DNA of 64,000 nucleotides from positions 6,324,001-6,388,000 of the forward strand of contig OX597821.1 of assembly GCA_951406725.2 (NCBI GenBank). Direction: 5' to 3'. The notes below the pieces were generated by a model. That model saw only the letters and a list, made by a program, of their open reading frames with translations. It was not told the origin of the DNA and did no database searches. Position 1 is the stretch's first letter. The number at the start of each line of letters is the position of its first letter. Origin of the DNA: Octopus vulgaris (lineage: Eukaryota). The position numbers and the translations under genes were made by a program. Of the stretch, positions 12,080 through 25,696 are shown piece by piece.

Positions 12080-12292
12080 AAGGTGGCGAGCTGGCCGAAA
12101 CGTTAGCCTGCCAGGCGAAATGCTTAGTGGTATTTCTTGTCTTTACATTCTGAGTTCAAATTCCGCTGAGGTCAACTTTGCCTTTCATCCTTTTGGGGTC
12201 GATAAATTAAGTACCAGTTGTGTACTGGGGACGATCTAATCGACGGGCCTCCTCCCCACAAACTTCAGGCCTTGTGCTTAGAGTAGAAAAGA
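12080..12292 (+). mobile_element. SINE family C (Meta-domain-like), full length
   Basis: aaggtggcgagctggc head, gagttcaaattcc B box, gtcaactttgcctttcatccttttggggtcgataaattaagtaccag central domain. Confidence 0.85.
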
Positions 12293-12406
12293 TTATTTTC
12301 TAGCTTTTTATCTGTTTGAATTGGAAAATCCCATAAAATTTTGCATTTCTCCAACACCAGCATTCTTTTGACCAGATGATCATACCATCATCATCATCAT
12401 CATTAT

Positions 12407-12884
12407 TGAGCGAGAAGAACAGTGCATGCCATCAAAGTGACACTGTGATTCAAATATACGAAGCCCAATACACCCACCCTGACTATCTGTTTGATAAGGG
12501 CACACCAGACATAACCATCATGTGTGTGACATGGTGACTTCATATCAAGATAAACAGTGCATGACATTGCAGGTGGGGCCCTGTTAGAATTTTCTTCAGG
12601 TCCAGTAACCCATCCTGCTCAAAAGGTACCTGAATATAGGTTGTTTAAGGATGATGAACAAAATACTCATTTTTCCAGAGTTGAATTATTCAAACCCACT
12701 GAATTCCTCTCAACACATGGCTATGAGGTTTCCCCCGCTACTCTGGCTCGTGATCAGAGATGCACATATCGTCAGCCACCAATGGACATGCTCAACTGGT
12801 TTAGGCCAAACAACTGACAAGCAAATCTGTGGTACTGAGCAGAATATTTGCTGTAGCCCATCTTTTATACCAAGCCAAACCAAT

Positions 12885-12885
<1 letters not shown>
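12407..12885 (-). mobile_element. Repeat family D
   Basis: Reverse complement of 4076-4540; abuts (TTA)n. Confidence 0.75.
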
Positions 12886-12953
<68 letters not shown>

Positions 12954-12996
12954 TTATTATTATTATCATTATTATTATATTTATTATTATTATTAT

Positions 12997-13271
12997 TCAG
13001 TAGTCCTATTTTTATCGTGTGCTTTCACTGCACTACTGAGTGCAGCTCTGTGTGCCTTGGGTATGTGCTGTAGTTTGTTGTGGTGCTCTTATTTTCATTG
13101 TATTGAAAGTGTTTTATGTAGGATGTGTGCAGTACCTAGTAGTGCGATTTTCTGTATGTGATATCTACTTATAAGTCCTGATGTTTTTGTTATGTATTTG
13201 TCTGAGTGTTTTTTTTTATCATACTTAATGCACCTACTATTATAGGAATTGTTTCTGTTTTAAGCTCCACA
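12997..13271 (-). mobile_element. R4/Dong-like non-LTR retrotransposon 3' fragment
   Basis: Homologous to 43620-43903 and 62062-62340; 3' end runs into (TAA)n. Confidence 0.8.
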
Positions 13272-13272
13272 T

Positions 13273-13652
13273 AGGCACAGGAGTGGCTGTGTGGTAAGTA
13301 GCTTGCTTACCAACCACATAGTTCTGGGTTCAGTCCCACTGCGTGACACCTATAGCTTCGGGTCGACCAAAGCCTTGTGAGTGAATTTGGTAGACGGAAA
13401 CTGAAAGAAGCCTGTCATTTATATGTATATGTATATATGTGTGTGTGTTTGTGTGTTTGTCCCCCCAACATCACTTGCAAACCAATGCTGGTGAGTTTAC
13501 GTCCCTGTAATTTAGCGGTTCAGCAAAAGAGAACGATAGAATAAGTACTAGGCTTACAAAGAATAAGTCATGGGGTCGATTTGCTCGACTAAAGGCGGTG
13601 CTTCAGCATGGCCACAGTCAAATGACTGAAACAAGTAAAAGAGTAAAAAGAG
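13273..13652 (+). mobile_element. SINE family A
   Basis: ggcacaggagtggctgtgtggtaag head through gtaaaagagtaaaaag tail. Confidence 0.9.
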
Positions 13653-14342
13653 AGTGTTTGAATTACTTTTATTTATTATTATTATTGTTGTTGCTGTTGT
13701 TGTTATGTATGTGGAAGTTGTGACCACAAACTTCCTTAGTGTAAAACAGCTGAACCATGAAACAGGTGCCGTTTTATTTTCTTAAATTAATTGAATAGGA
13801 TGATGAATTTTAATACAATAACAGAAATTACCTATGGATACCATCTTGCACGAAGCAATAATTGAGTGAGTGCTGATATACTTAATCTAGTAAACAAAAA
13901 GAATCTAGGAAACACAGAAAGCATGAGTGAAATTCAAAGAGGGAACTACAAAAGGACAATGACATCACTAACAATATCAATGTTTTTTTATGTATGAAGA
14001 AAATTTGGATGAGGTCAACAACTGATTAAGGAATGTTTCTTAAATAACAATGTGATTGCTAATGAACTGATTTAAACTTTACTGATAATCAATTTTTACT
14101 GTATATATATATATATATATAATAGATATTTTAGCCTTATCTATTGTGTTTTGTTGTATACTGTAAAGTAGTGTGACAAGGTCATATATATATATATATA
14201 CTTACGTACCAAATTACCGAAGTTATTCTTGTTGCTTATTTTGATCATAATCACCCCATGGATTTATATGGATAACACCATACAGAATTCTGGTGCATCT
14301 AACTTAAGTACCATATTCATTTGAATCTAAATTTTGCTGAAC

Positions 14343-14380
<38 letters not shown>

Positions 14381-15519
14381 ACGTTTATTCCTTGACTCAT
14401 ATACATACACACATACACAACACATACAAATATATGTGTATATGTATATATGTATATATGTATGTATGTATAAATACATACATACTGAAGAACAAGTTGT
14501 TTTTTTACTTATTACAATAAATATGTTAACACTATGTCAAATATAGTAATGTACTGTATCTGATTATATACAGATATACACACTCAACACACATACATAT
14601 ACATACACATACATATACATTTTATATAGACATATATAAATACACCAGTGCATTTTGTAAAGTAGTTGATGTTAGGAAGGGTATCTACATATGAAAAAGA
14701 AAGAAAAGTTACCAAATTGAAATGTACAGGTGAGATGTGGTCTCCTGACATTTAGAAATGCAGTAAATCCAAATAAGAATTGTCTTGAAATGTTCAAGTA
14801 TAATCAGGGTTGACCATGTAGCTGCACATCTATGTACAGTCCAGGACAAGTTTTCTGTTTTTGGCTGAAAGCTGGCCGTTGTTTATCTTTGCAGTCTCCT
14901 CTTTCCGTGCCATTTCTGTTTCCAAGGTTGTTCCTTCAAGACCAATATAGCTTTTCATCAGTGTTATTGCAGGCATTAGTCTCAGAATAAATAGGGCTGG
15001 AACAGATACTGCAAAACATCTCATTTCATACTCTAATGGTTTTCTGTTATTCTACTGCCTTAGATTAGTAGTGTTTTATCAACTCACCAAATTCAACTTT
15101 ATTTATTTATAGTCAAACCAACAAAGTATCAAAACCTAGATCAAAAGGAGAAAACAGGGCTTGGCTGGGATATACCTAATAAAAACCTGTTTCTGACATT
15201 ACAATGCAAGTCCTCTGATGGACACTTCCAAGGGAAATCGAAGTAAACTTACTTATTTAGGCCACTTCACTTCCTTTGGAGCATAAGCCATCAATGACTG
15301 TTCTGTTCTCAACCTTGGGCTGTCTCTTCTGTTTGTCTCCAGTTGGATCCTGGCTGTTTTTTCCTTGCAGCTTCTCAGATTTTCCTGCACTGCATCATAT
15401 GTTTTCCCAAGGGAAGGTCTTCCTCTCTCAGATCTTATTGGTTTTTAATTGTTGTCAATGCTTCTGTAATTTGCTTTTTTTCTAGATAGAGATGTTGGCC
15501 CTGGCCTCTATCCTTTGAC

Positions 15520-15776
15520 ATGTCCAGCATAGATGGACATGTGAAAGCTTTCAGGGTCATAAATGCACTCAAGCCACAACATTGCAATAAGAAGCAAACC
15601 TTGTGGGAGATAAATAGAAGTCTGTCAGGCCAAAAACAACATGGGGAAGGTCCAGAGAAACTGAAGTACTTGCAGATAGTTACAGCTGGGAACAACTGCA
15701 ATCTATTGTCAAAAGCCAAGACAGATGGAGATCTCTTGTTGGTACTCTATGCCTCACATGGAGTCAAAGGAATTAA
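15520..15776 (+). mobile_element. RTE LINE ORF C-terminal relic
   Basis: Translates ...SYSWEQLQSIVKSQDRWRSLVGTLCLTWSQRN*, typical RTE end. Confidence 0.65.
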
Positions 15777-16274
15777 CCCCTTAGCATTCAGATTACTGTC
15801 AAATGTAATGCTTATGTTTTCACATAATTTTAAATTAATCATGCATTGTTTCATAGCTTTGAGATTTTGATGATGTGTGGCACATGAAAGAACATTTGAG
15901 CGAGGTCATTGCCAGTCCTGGTGGACTGGCTCCTGAGTGTGGCCATTGTCAGAACTGCCTGACTGGCCCTCATGCCGGAGGCACGTAAAAGCCCCACTAC
16001 ACTCATGGAGTGGTTGGCGTTAGGAAGGGCATCCAGCTGTAGGAACTCTGTCAGATCAGATTGGAGCCTGATGCAGCCATCTGGTTCGCCAATCCTCAGT
16101 CAAATCGTCCAACCCATGCCAGCATGGAAAGCAGATGTTAAATGATGATGATGATTGTTTATTTGTAAAATGACATTGTAGGGTAGGTATAAAAGGCCAG
16201 ACCTGACCAGTTTGAGCATAAAACAGATTGAATATTTAGACTGGATATGGCCGATTTAAATGCTAAAAGGTTAA
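15773..16274. mobile_element. piggyBac-like MITE (TTAA ends) interrupted by a family E tail (15878-16153)
   Basis: TTAA-cccc ttagcatt ... aatgctaaaagg-TTAA; related copy at 16329-16530. Confidence 0.65.
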
Positions 16275-16328
16275 AGGAAAAAAAGAATGCCAAAGTGGAG
16301 AATTGGCAGATTTTCTTGAACATTAGAC

Positions 16329-16530
16329 TTAACCATCTAGTAGTCAGATTTCTCCATCAAAGGTAACGCTTGTTTATTCACATTTTAACTTTGAGATTTC
16401 AATGATGTGATTGTGTATTTTTAGAATTACATAGTAGGGTAAGTGCAAGAGATCTGATCTGGTTACTTTGAACATAAAACAGGTTGAATATTTTGGTCAG
16501 CTATGGCTGGTTTGAATACTGAAGGGTTAA
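16329..16530. mobile_element. Second, more diverged copy of the TTAA MITE
   Basis: Shares tttgagattt..atgatgtg and cataaaacag.ttgaatattt, ends gaagggttaa. Confidence 0.55.
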
Positions 16531-16896
16531 TGCTTTGCTGTATTTATTCCAGCTTTTTACACTTTAAGTTCAAATCTCGCTGAAGTCAACATTGTCTTTC
16601 ATCCTTTGAAATTTGATGAAATAAATTGCCAGTTCTGTCCTGGGTGACGATTGGCTGAATTGTTAGAGTGTCAAACAATATGCTATGTAGCATTTGTTTC
16701 AGCACTTTACAATTATTTCTTTATTGCCCTCAATGGGCTAAACATAGAGAGGACAAACAAGGACAGACAAAGGAATTAAGTTGATTACATCAGCCCCAGT
16801 TCTTAACTGGTACTTATTTAATCAACCCTAAAAGGATGAAAGGCAAAGTCGCCCTCGGTGGAATTTGAACTCAGAACATAAAGACAGGCAAAATAC

Positions 16897-17318
16897 TACT
16901 CTTTACTCTTTTACTCTTTTACTTGTTTCAGTCATTTGACTGTGGCCATGCTGGAGTACCACCTTTAGTCAAGCAAATTGACTCCAGGACTTATTCTTTG
17001 TAAGCCTAGTATTTATTCTATCATGGTCTCTTTTGCTGAACCACTAAGTTACAGGGACGTAAACACATCAGCATTGGTTTGCAAGTGATGTTGGGGGGAC
17101 AAACACAGACACACAAACACACAAACACACACACATATATACATATACATATATACGACGGGCTTCTTTCAGTTTCTGTCTACCAATTCCACTCACAAGG
17201 CTTTGGTTGGCCCGAGGCTATAGTAGAAGACACTTGCCCAAGGTTCCATGCAGTGGGACTGAACCTGGAACCATGTGGTTTGTAAGCAAGCTACTTACCA
17301 CACAGCCACTCCTGCGCC
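16897..17318 (-). mobile_element. SINE family A nested in a family C SINE
   Basis: Family C sequence (16780-16896) resumes at 17319 (tgctaagcattt). Confidence 0.85.
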
Positions 17319-18921
17319 TGCTAAGCATTTCACCTAGCATGCTAGTGTTTCTGCTCGCTTTCCGCCTTTTCTGTGCTTTATATGCTGAATACCCAGGTAG
17401 GTGTGGTGGACATGTCAGTATTTAGCTGAGAAGTCGGTGTTTTGTAAAACATACCTGAAGGAATAGGCTTTTCTATTCTCCTATGACAAGCATACAGTGC
17501 TTGTCAAGGAGGTCATCAAGGGTCATTTATCAACCTGATGGTGCAGAAAGAAAGAATATGTATATGTGTGGGAAATTCATTATGTTTGAATATGTGTATA
17601 TATGTATATATGGTGAATGTACATGTGTGTATGTGCATATGTGTGTCTATGTGAATGTGTGTATATGTGTATATATGTGAATGTACTGTATGTACATGTG
17701 TCTATGTGAATATGCGTATGTGTGTGCTTATATATAAATGCATTTGTGTATGTATCATATGTGTTTATGCTTATGAGTGTGTGTATGTATATGAGTGTAT
17801 GTATATGACTGTATATACCTGTATCTGCATGAGCAAATGTATGTATACATATGTGCTTATATATAACTGTATATTTATGCCTGTATATATGTGAATGTAT
17901 GTATAATGGTTGTGGTTGTGATGCATGTGTATATATATGTACATATTTTATGTGTATGCTTATGAATGTGCATATGTTTACATGTGTGTGTGTTTATATA
18001 TATATATGTGTGTGTATGTATGTCAACATATATGTGTATCTGTACGTGCACATGTATGTATGTGTGTATGTATGTATGTATATATATGTGTGTGTGTGTG
18101 TGTGTATGTTTATGTTTGTATGCATCTGAATATGTGTGGATGTGTAAGTAGTAGTAGTAGTAGTTATAGTAGTAGTAGTAGCAGCAGCAGTAGTAGTAGT
18201 AGTAGTAGTAGTAGTTGTAGTAGTAGTAGATGACTCTCATCTAGCTAGGTCTGTTATGAACTTCACTAATGTGTTATAACTTGCGCTATATCATGCTCTA
18301 TAGATCACAGAGGAGATAGCTTCTGTCAAGGTTGACTTAGTTTTAACATACTACTTGAAGAGATAAAGTCTTCTGTAGGGGGTCTGTAGCAAACAGTCAC
18401 CCAATTTATCACAAGAACATTTCTGGAGGGCAAATATAGTTGATTAAATTCGACCTCAGTGTTTGACTTCTACATTACTTTATTAATCCCAGGAGGATGA
18501 ACCGACTTATTCAGATCATAATGGCATAAAAGAAAATGTGTTGTAAATATTGCAAAATATTCTGTCCGACACATGTGGTTTCCTTAGTGATAATAGCAAT
18601 TACAAGGAACATAATCATCCCTTCACAAGGTGGAATTAGAAATTTGAATTTTAAATTGAGGGATTACATAGAAAAAGATGCACAGAATTCATATCTCCAA
18701 TCTTTTTTTGTTTACCTATTATAAAATTCTTACAATTTCTAGCTGGTGGTAATCATGTATAGCACTCTTTCATTCTTTTTAGAAATTGTCAGCATGATAT
18801 ATAACCAGTGACTTATTAATAAATCATTATTTTACAATTGAGACATTTCATTAAAGATAAAAATCATTACAATCTGCAAGAAATTCACGAATGTGTTTTT
18901 TCCTTTATCTTTTCTTCATAG

Positions 18922-18927
18922 AACATT
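18922..18927 (+). CDS. Candidate 6-nt microexon (AACATT)
   Basis: Long pyrimidine acceptor tttttcctttatcttttcttcatag followed by 6 nt and consensus donor gtaagt. Confidence 0.3.
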
Positions 18928-19617
18928 GTAAGTCATTTAGGAACTGAGAGGAAAGAGGGAATATTCTTAGTGTTTACATACAGAATAATAGCTATTTGCA
19001 GGGAAATTCTATGTTGTGAAAATGTCTTACAGTAATCAATAAGTTCAGCTTTAGCTACAAACAACTACACAAGCTGTTTTCTGATATGCTCTTTGAGGTG
19101 TAGACAATTGTTGCAAGCTGCCATTTCTTATTAGTAATCTTTCATGTATGTGGTTGAATGGGCATCTATTTGTAAATGCATACATCTTGACCATTATCCA
19201 CAGTTTAAAATGGATTGACATAATATTGATTCTTTCAGTTCACCTCCCTTTTGGTGCAATATACACTTGAAGACACACACACATACATACATGTCTAGAT
19301 ATGCAACTGTATGCATAAGAATACATGCATAAAACACAAATCTACACATACATACATACATACATACATACATACATACATACGCACGTATGTACATACA
19401 AATAAAAATGCTCTGTTGTTGATGTAGAAATTCCAATGAAGGAGCCTTGGATCTAGGTTAGAAACTGGTTCTGTCTCTATTGGCAAGAAATCTTGAAACA
19501 AAACTAAATAATGATATACATACATACATACACACACACACATGTACATATATACATATATACACAAACACGAACACATAGACACACATACAAACACATA
19601 CATAGGCAGACAGACAG

Positions 19618-19651
<34 letters not shown>

Positions 19652-19822
19652 TCTGTTTTGTCCATCAAGAATGGACTAAACAGAGCAGGGGGAGAGTTGC
19701 TGAAGAGTTCACGGGATGTGTGATGAAAGATTTCAGAAAAAAGGACACCAAAATAAAATCAATAATAAAGCAAAAGTGAAGAATGAATATATAGTGCACA
19801 CATACACATACACACTATATAT

Positions 19823-20202
19823 AGGCACAATGGCCCAGTAGTTAGGGCAGCAGTCTTGCAGTTGTAAGATCGCAGTTTTGATTCCTAGACTGGGCATTGT
19901 GAGTGTTTCTTGAATGAAAACACCTGAAGCTCCACAAGGCTCCAGCAAGGGGTGGTGGTGGTGAATCCAGCTGTATGCTTTCACCACAACTTTCTCTCAC
20001 TCTTTCTTCCTGTTTCTGTTGTACCTGTATTTCAAAGGGCCAGCTTTGTCACACTCATTGTTATGCTGAATCTCCCCAAGAACTACGTTAAGGGTACACA
20101 TGTCTGTGGAGAGCTCAGCCACTTGCACGTTAATTTCACAAGCAGGCTGTTCTGTTGATTGGATCAACTGGAACCCTCATCGTCATAACTGATGGAGTGC
20201 CA
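19823..20202 (+). mobile_element. SINE family B
   Basis: Homologous to 3318-3702. Confidence 0.85.
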
Positions 20203-20898
20203 CGTAGTGTGTACATACACACACACTTCTATATAAGCATACACACATATATACATACACATATACATATACATATATATATGAACATAAATATACACAT
20301 ACACATAGACACATATATACATACTTACATTCACCCATCCATACATGTATGGATTTAATCTTATGTTCTTTGGGCACTGGGTAGAATACTTCATAATATT
20401 TGGTCAAGCTCTCTGGGTTCTGAAATCAAGTCAAGTTGAATTCAACTTTGCTTTTCTTCTTAAGTACTAATTTTCAGCAATAGATTGGGCAAATTGTAAG
20501 TAAATTAGACTGAATACCTTGTGGTATTTGTTCCAGTTGTTTGCATTCTGAGTTCAAATCCCACTGTAGCTTACTTAAGTGATAGACTTAATCAATTGCT
20601 TGGTTTAGCATCACTATGTGGCCCTCATTTGTTTTTAGTAGTACCCACTCTGTTGCTAGCATTTAGGCCTGATCTATGGTTTGAGGATCATCCCCCACCA
20701 GTCTCAGAGGTCCTGTAAAATGTTATGGGTACTGCACAATCATGGGTGTGCAATAAAGAAGTTTGCATAGCGACCATGTGGTTTCAGGTTCAGTCACACA
20801 GTGTGGCACTCAGGACATGTACATTCCAGTATAGTTTGAAGCTGATCAACTACGTGAGTAGTGAATTATTTGGTAGATGGAAACTGTGTGGAAACCTG

Positions 20899-20929
<31 letters not shown>

Positions 20930-20933
<4 letters not shown>

Positions 20934-21462
20934 AGTTGTGATACTTGGGCCAGTGGCATGTTGGGCCTCACAGAGGCAATGACGAAAGACTGAGACCTCT
21001 GAGATATGCTGGGACTGCGAAGACCCGACAAATAAAGTGAGTTCATGGCTCGCAGGACGGCCTGCTGTGCTAACCTTGGATTATAGGGTGACCTGCTGTG
21101 CTTGAGGACACCTATTGAGTCAAGTACGTCAACATCAAAATAAAAATCAAATGGAAATTGTACTTGTGATACCCATGCCAGTGGCACTTAAAAAGCACCA
21201 TCCAAACATGGCTGATGCCAGCGCCGCCTTGACTGGTGTCCTTGCCGGTGACACGTAAAAAGCACCAACTGATCGTGGCCATTTGCCAGCCTCCTCTGGC
21301 CCCTGTGCTGGTGGCATGTAAAAAGCACCCACTACACTCATGTAGGTGTAGAAACACTTCCAGATCAGATTGGAGCCTGGGGCAGCCTCCTGGCTTCCCA
21401 GGCCCTGGTTGAACTGTCCAACCCATGCTAGCATGGAAAACAGACGTTAAACGATGATGATG
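20930..21462 (+). mobile_element. RTE LINE 3' end (ORF end plus family E 3'UTR)
   Basis: ttgggcctcacagaggcaatgacgaaagac translates LGLTEAMTKD, like an RTE terminus; continues into family E tail with GAT repeats. Confidence 0.7.
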
Positions 21463-21799
21463 AAGTTGCCCGCCCTTTTAATTATTTTTACTATATATAT
21501 ATATATATATATAAATTATATAAATGTATAAACTTGTTACCAGTTCAAAAAATATACTCAAGGCATATTTGAACCTATAAGAAAACCATTTGCTGTATTT
21601 TTTGTCACAGAGAAAATTTCTTACTGTAGATAAATCGCGATAAACACACCAAGTTAGTTCAAAGGGCCCTTTCCAGATAGCTGCATGAATTTTAGAGTAG
21701 TTATCTTCTCTTCAGTATCAGACACTGGAACTGACAAAGTGATAGGTTTCTCTTTTTATATTCCAGTTAATTTACTGTGATTGGATTAGAGGCATTAAG

Positions 21800-21879
<80 letters not shown>

Positions 21880-22406
21880 TTGTGTGTGTGTGTATGTGTG
21901 TGTGTGTGTTTGTGTGTGTGTGCATGTGTCTTCAGTTTGTGTTTGTCCCTCTCCATCACTTAACCAGTGTTGGTTTGTTCATAGTTTTGATATTTTTTGC
22001 AGTTTGGCAAAAAATATCGATGGAATAAGTACCAAATTTAAAAATAGATACTGGAGGTGATCTGTTCAATTAAAACCCTTCACAGTAATGCTCCAGCATA
22101 ACCACAGTCCAATTATTGAAACAAGTAAAAAATTAAAAAAATAATATGACCTTGTAAACAGTCTTTTCTTTTTTCTATAACAAAAGTTCTCTTTATAGCC
22201 AAAAAAAAATAAAATAAAAAATTGGTTAAAGAAGAAAACAAAAATGCTCAAATATTTGTTTATTGAAAATTCTTCCAAACTGCTAAATTCTGTCTTTCAT
22301 TCCTGGCATTATAATAATATAAGACATCAGGTTTACCAGACTATTATTAATCAACTCAACTCAATAGAGTCATTTTTTAAAATTTTATTTTTTTGTGTAA
22401 TGTTAG

Positions 22407-22463
22407 GCAAACATCTCCCTGATGGTTCTACAAGTAAATCTACAGGTGTTGATGGAAGTTTAT
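22407..22463 (+). CDS. Candidate 57-nt symmetric (phase 1-1) exon
   Basis: Acceptor ttttatttttttgtgtaatgttag, donor T|gtaagtg; open as (G)KHLPDGSTSKSTGVDGSL. Confidence 0.4.
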
Positions 22464-23751
22464 GTAAGTGAAGAGTAATGATGAGCAGGAACTGAGACTG
22501 TATTTATAGAATTATCAAGAAAGCAAAGTAGAAACACACACACACACACTCACAAATTTACACACACATTCACTCAGAGACACACTCACAGATACACTCA
22601 CTCAAACGCACACACTCACATACACACTAACACACACACATTCACTGAAACACACACACTCACAGACACACTCACGCACACACACACATGCATGCATGTA
22701 CTCACACATACTCATGTGCACATTCTCGCATGCACACATACATTAGCATGTATGCACACACACACTCACACACACACATACATACACACACACACACACA
22801 TACTGATGCACAAAAAAATGCAAGGAAAATAACAAGACAGAATAAAAGTTTAGTTTTCACCACTTACCTACTTACCTATCCACCTACCTACCTATTTACC
22901 TACATACTCTAATTTCTTTAATTAGAATCTTTTTGAAATTTCAACACCTGTGGTTCTTCATCCGCCCACAACGGAACTGCTTCCTCCTCCACTTCTCTCA
23001 TAATGGTGTATTTGATTCTTTCCTTTAGAATATCAGACCTACTTCAAAGGATATTGTCGGTATTTAGAATTAAGATAGACACATCCTTTCTCCAAACAAC
23101 CATCATATTCTGTCAGGTTTTCATTAATCATCTTTAATCTTTTATATTTTATTTGTTTCACTCAATGCACTGTGTCCATTCTGGGGCAACTTCTTGAAGG
23201 GTTTAGTTGGAAAAAGTTCATCCCAGTATTTTTTTTCCTCTTTCATTACATTATTATAAAACTAGCCCTGCTTTCCCAAAGAGTTCTCCTCACATTCTTA
23301 TGAAACTTTCCTCTTTGTCCCTCTCTCACCCATTGCCCACTCTCCCATTCCAATCCTCTGTGTCATTTCACCTGTATTCACCCCTCCACTGTACCTTGAG
23401 GTACACATTTATCAACATCTCTCACTTTCCATTTCTATCTTTCTCTCTAAGCCTCTCTTCTGCTTTCTCCTTCAATTCGGGTATCCTTGTATCTTCTCTA
23501 CAGCAAGATCCCTATCTCTATTCTTCTGTTATTCTCTTAATCTCTCATCAACTGGCATAAGGCTACCTTCCTTGATACTTTTGATAAAAAGACCATGTTG
23601 CAAAGAATACAAACCAGTTTTACCATATTACAAATCAAATTTCAGCATGTCACAAACTGAGTCTTCATGTTGTTGCAAACCAAGGTTCATCATGTTACAA
23701 ACCAGTTTTACCATATTACAAAGATGTTATTTTGTTACATATCATATTGAT

Positions 23752-23934
23752 TTCAAATTTTGGCACAAGGCCAGCAATTTCAGGGAAAGGGTAACTTGAT
23801 TACATCGACCCCAGTGTTCAACTGGTATCTATTCTATCGACCCAGCGGAATTTGAACTCAGATGGTAAAGATGGATGAAATGCCACTAAGCATTTTGCCT
23901 GGTGTGCCAACAATTCTGCCAGCTCACTGCCTTC
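23752..23934 (-). mobile_element. SINE family C inside a degenerate minisatellite of about 21 bp
   Basis: Family C motifs; flanks 23590-23750 and 23935-24000 repeat ttacaaaccagttttaccata variants. Confidence 0.7.
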
Positions 23935-24058
23935 TTACACATTATATCAAAAGCTAATTTTCAACATGTTATAAACCATATTTGCTATGTTACAAACTTT
24001 AGGTGCATACCTCATGTTGACTATATTACAGTTATAATTAAATACATTCTCTTTACAG

Positions 24059-24172
24059 GTTTTATACATAGAAAGATAAGCTTGAAATAGCTGCCAGGAA
24101 GACCAACTACCATTGGGATTTTACCAAAGAGGTACATCAGAGGACCTCTTCATTATCTGTTATGAAGTTAAG
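24059..24172 (+). other. Candidate 114-nt exon (stop-containing: terminal, UTR or non-coding)
   Basis: Acceptor cattctctttacag, donor AAG|gtaagt; all three frames hit an early stop from this acceptor. Confidence 0.35.
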
Positions 24173-24302
24173 GTAAGTGCTATATATGTGTGTGTGTGTG
24201 CATCATTATTCACTATTAATGTGTAATTATTAATTTTGTATTAGAGTTCATGAACAACAGAGCTCATATAATCATCCTTATTTCATTCCATAACTTTTAT
24301 AT

Positions 24303-24705
24303 GGCACAGGAGTGGCTGTGTGGTAAGTAGCCTGCTTACTAACTACATGGCTTCAGGTTCAGTTTCACTGTGTTGAATCTTGGGCAAATATCTTCTACTA
24401 TAGCCTTGGGCTGACCAAAGCCTTGTGAGTGGATTTGGTAGGCAGAAACTAAAAGAAGCCTGTCGTATATATATATATATGTATGTATATGTTTGTGTGT
24501 CTGAGTTTGTTCCCTCACCATCGTTTGACAACCGATGTTGGTGTGTTTACTACCCTGTAACTTAGCGATTTGGCAAAAGAAACCGATAGAATAAGTACTA
24601 GGCTTACAAAGAATAAGTCCTGGAGTTGATTTGCACAACTAAAGACAATGCTTTAACATGGCCGCAGTTGAATGACTGAAACAAATAAAAGAATAAAAGT
24701 AAAGA
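24303..24705 (+). mobile_element. SINE family A
   Basis: Full-length homology. Confidence 0.88.
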
Positions 24706-25480
24706 ATAAGGTCAGTTTGTTCTGGGTGGCAGGGGGGAGTAAGTCACTTACATCAACCCCCAGTACTCAACTGGTACTTAATTTATTGAGCCCTAAAGAC
24801 TGAAAGGTAAATTTGATCATGGTAGAATTTACTCAAATCATAAAGAATTTACTCAGATCACCTAATACAGATAGAAAAATATTAGCAGGTTTTACAGATA
24901 TGGTTTTTGAAATTGCCAACCACAATGTCTTCGATGCCCTTTATGATCTGAATAAATTCTAGCATGGTCAAATTTACCTTTAAGCATTTAAAGCATTTTT
25001 TCCAGCCTGCTAAAAATTCTGTTAGGTCATCACCTAATACAGAGAGAAAAATATTTGCAGGTTTTACATGTATGGTTTTTGAAATTGGCAGCCACGACGT
25101 TTGATGCCCAGGTCATCTGGTTTTCAGTGGGGCGATACCTTAACTTTTTAATTCTTTGCTTCTGTAACTCATGTATGCATATGTACACATGCTCACACAC
25201 ACACACACACACACACACGTATATGCCTATGTGTGTGTGTGTGATGGGAGTGTTAGTGTATGTATGTATGTGTGTATGTTTGTAATTAAACACTCCCTAT
25301 TTAAACAGTGAATAATAAACTCTAAAAAATATCAATTTGAAAACCACTTTTAAAGTGAGAAACTCCTATCAGAGTCACCTTATGGAAACTTATAAACATC
25401 TAATTATTAAAGTGGAAAAATTATCAGAAAAACCAGTTCTATTCATTTTTTCAAATATATATATATATATATACATACAA

Positions 25481-25511
<31 letters not shown>

Positions 25512-25623
25512 TGTATGTATGTATGTATGTATGTATGTATGTATCAATGTATGTATGTATGTATATGTGTGTATGTGTGTATTGGTGTATCTCAAGTAGG
25601 AGGTTACTTGGAATGGGAATATA

Positions 25624-25696
<73 letters not shown>

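Noticed and set aside
14202-14345. Minus-strand exon ending at gtaagt between TA tracts
   Set aside because: No good acceptor and stops in all frames
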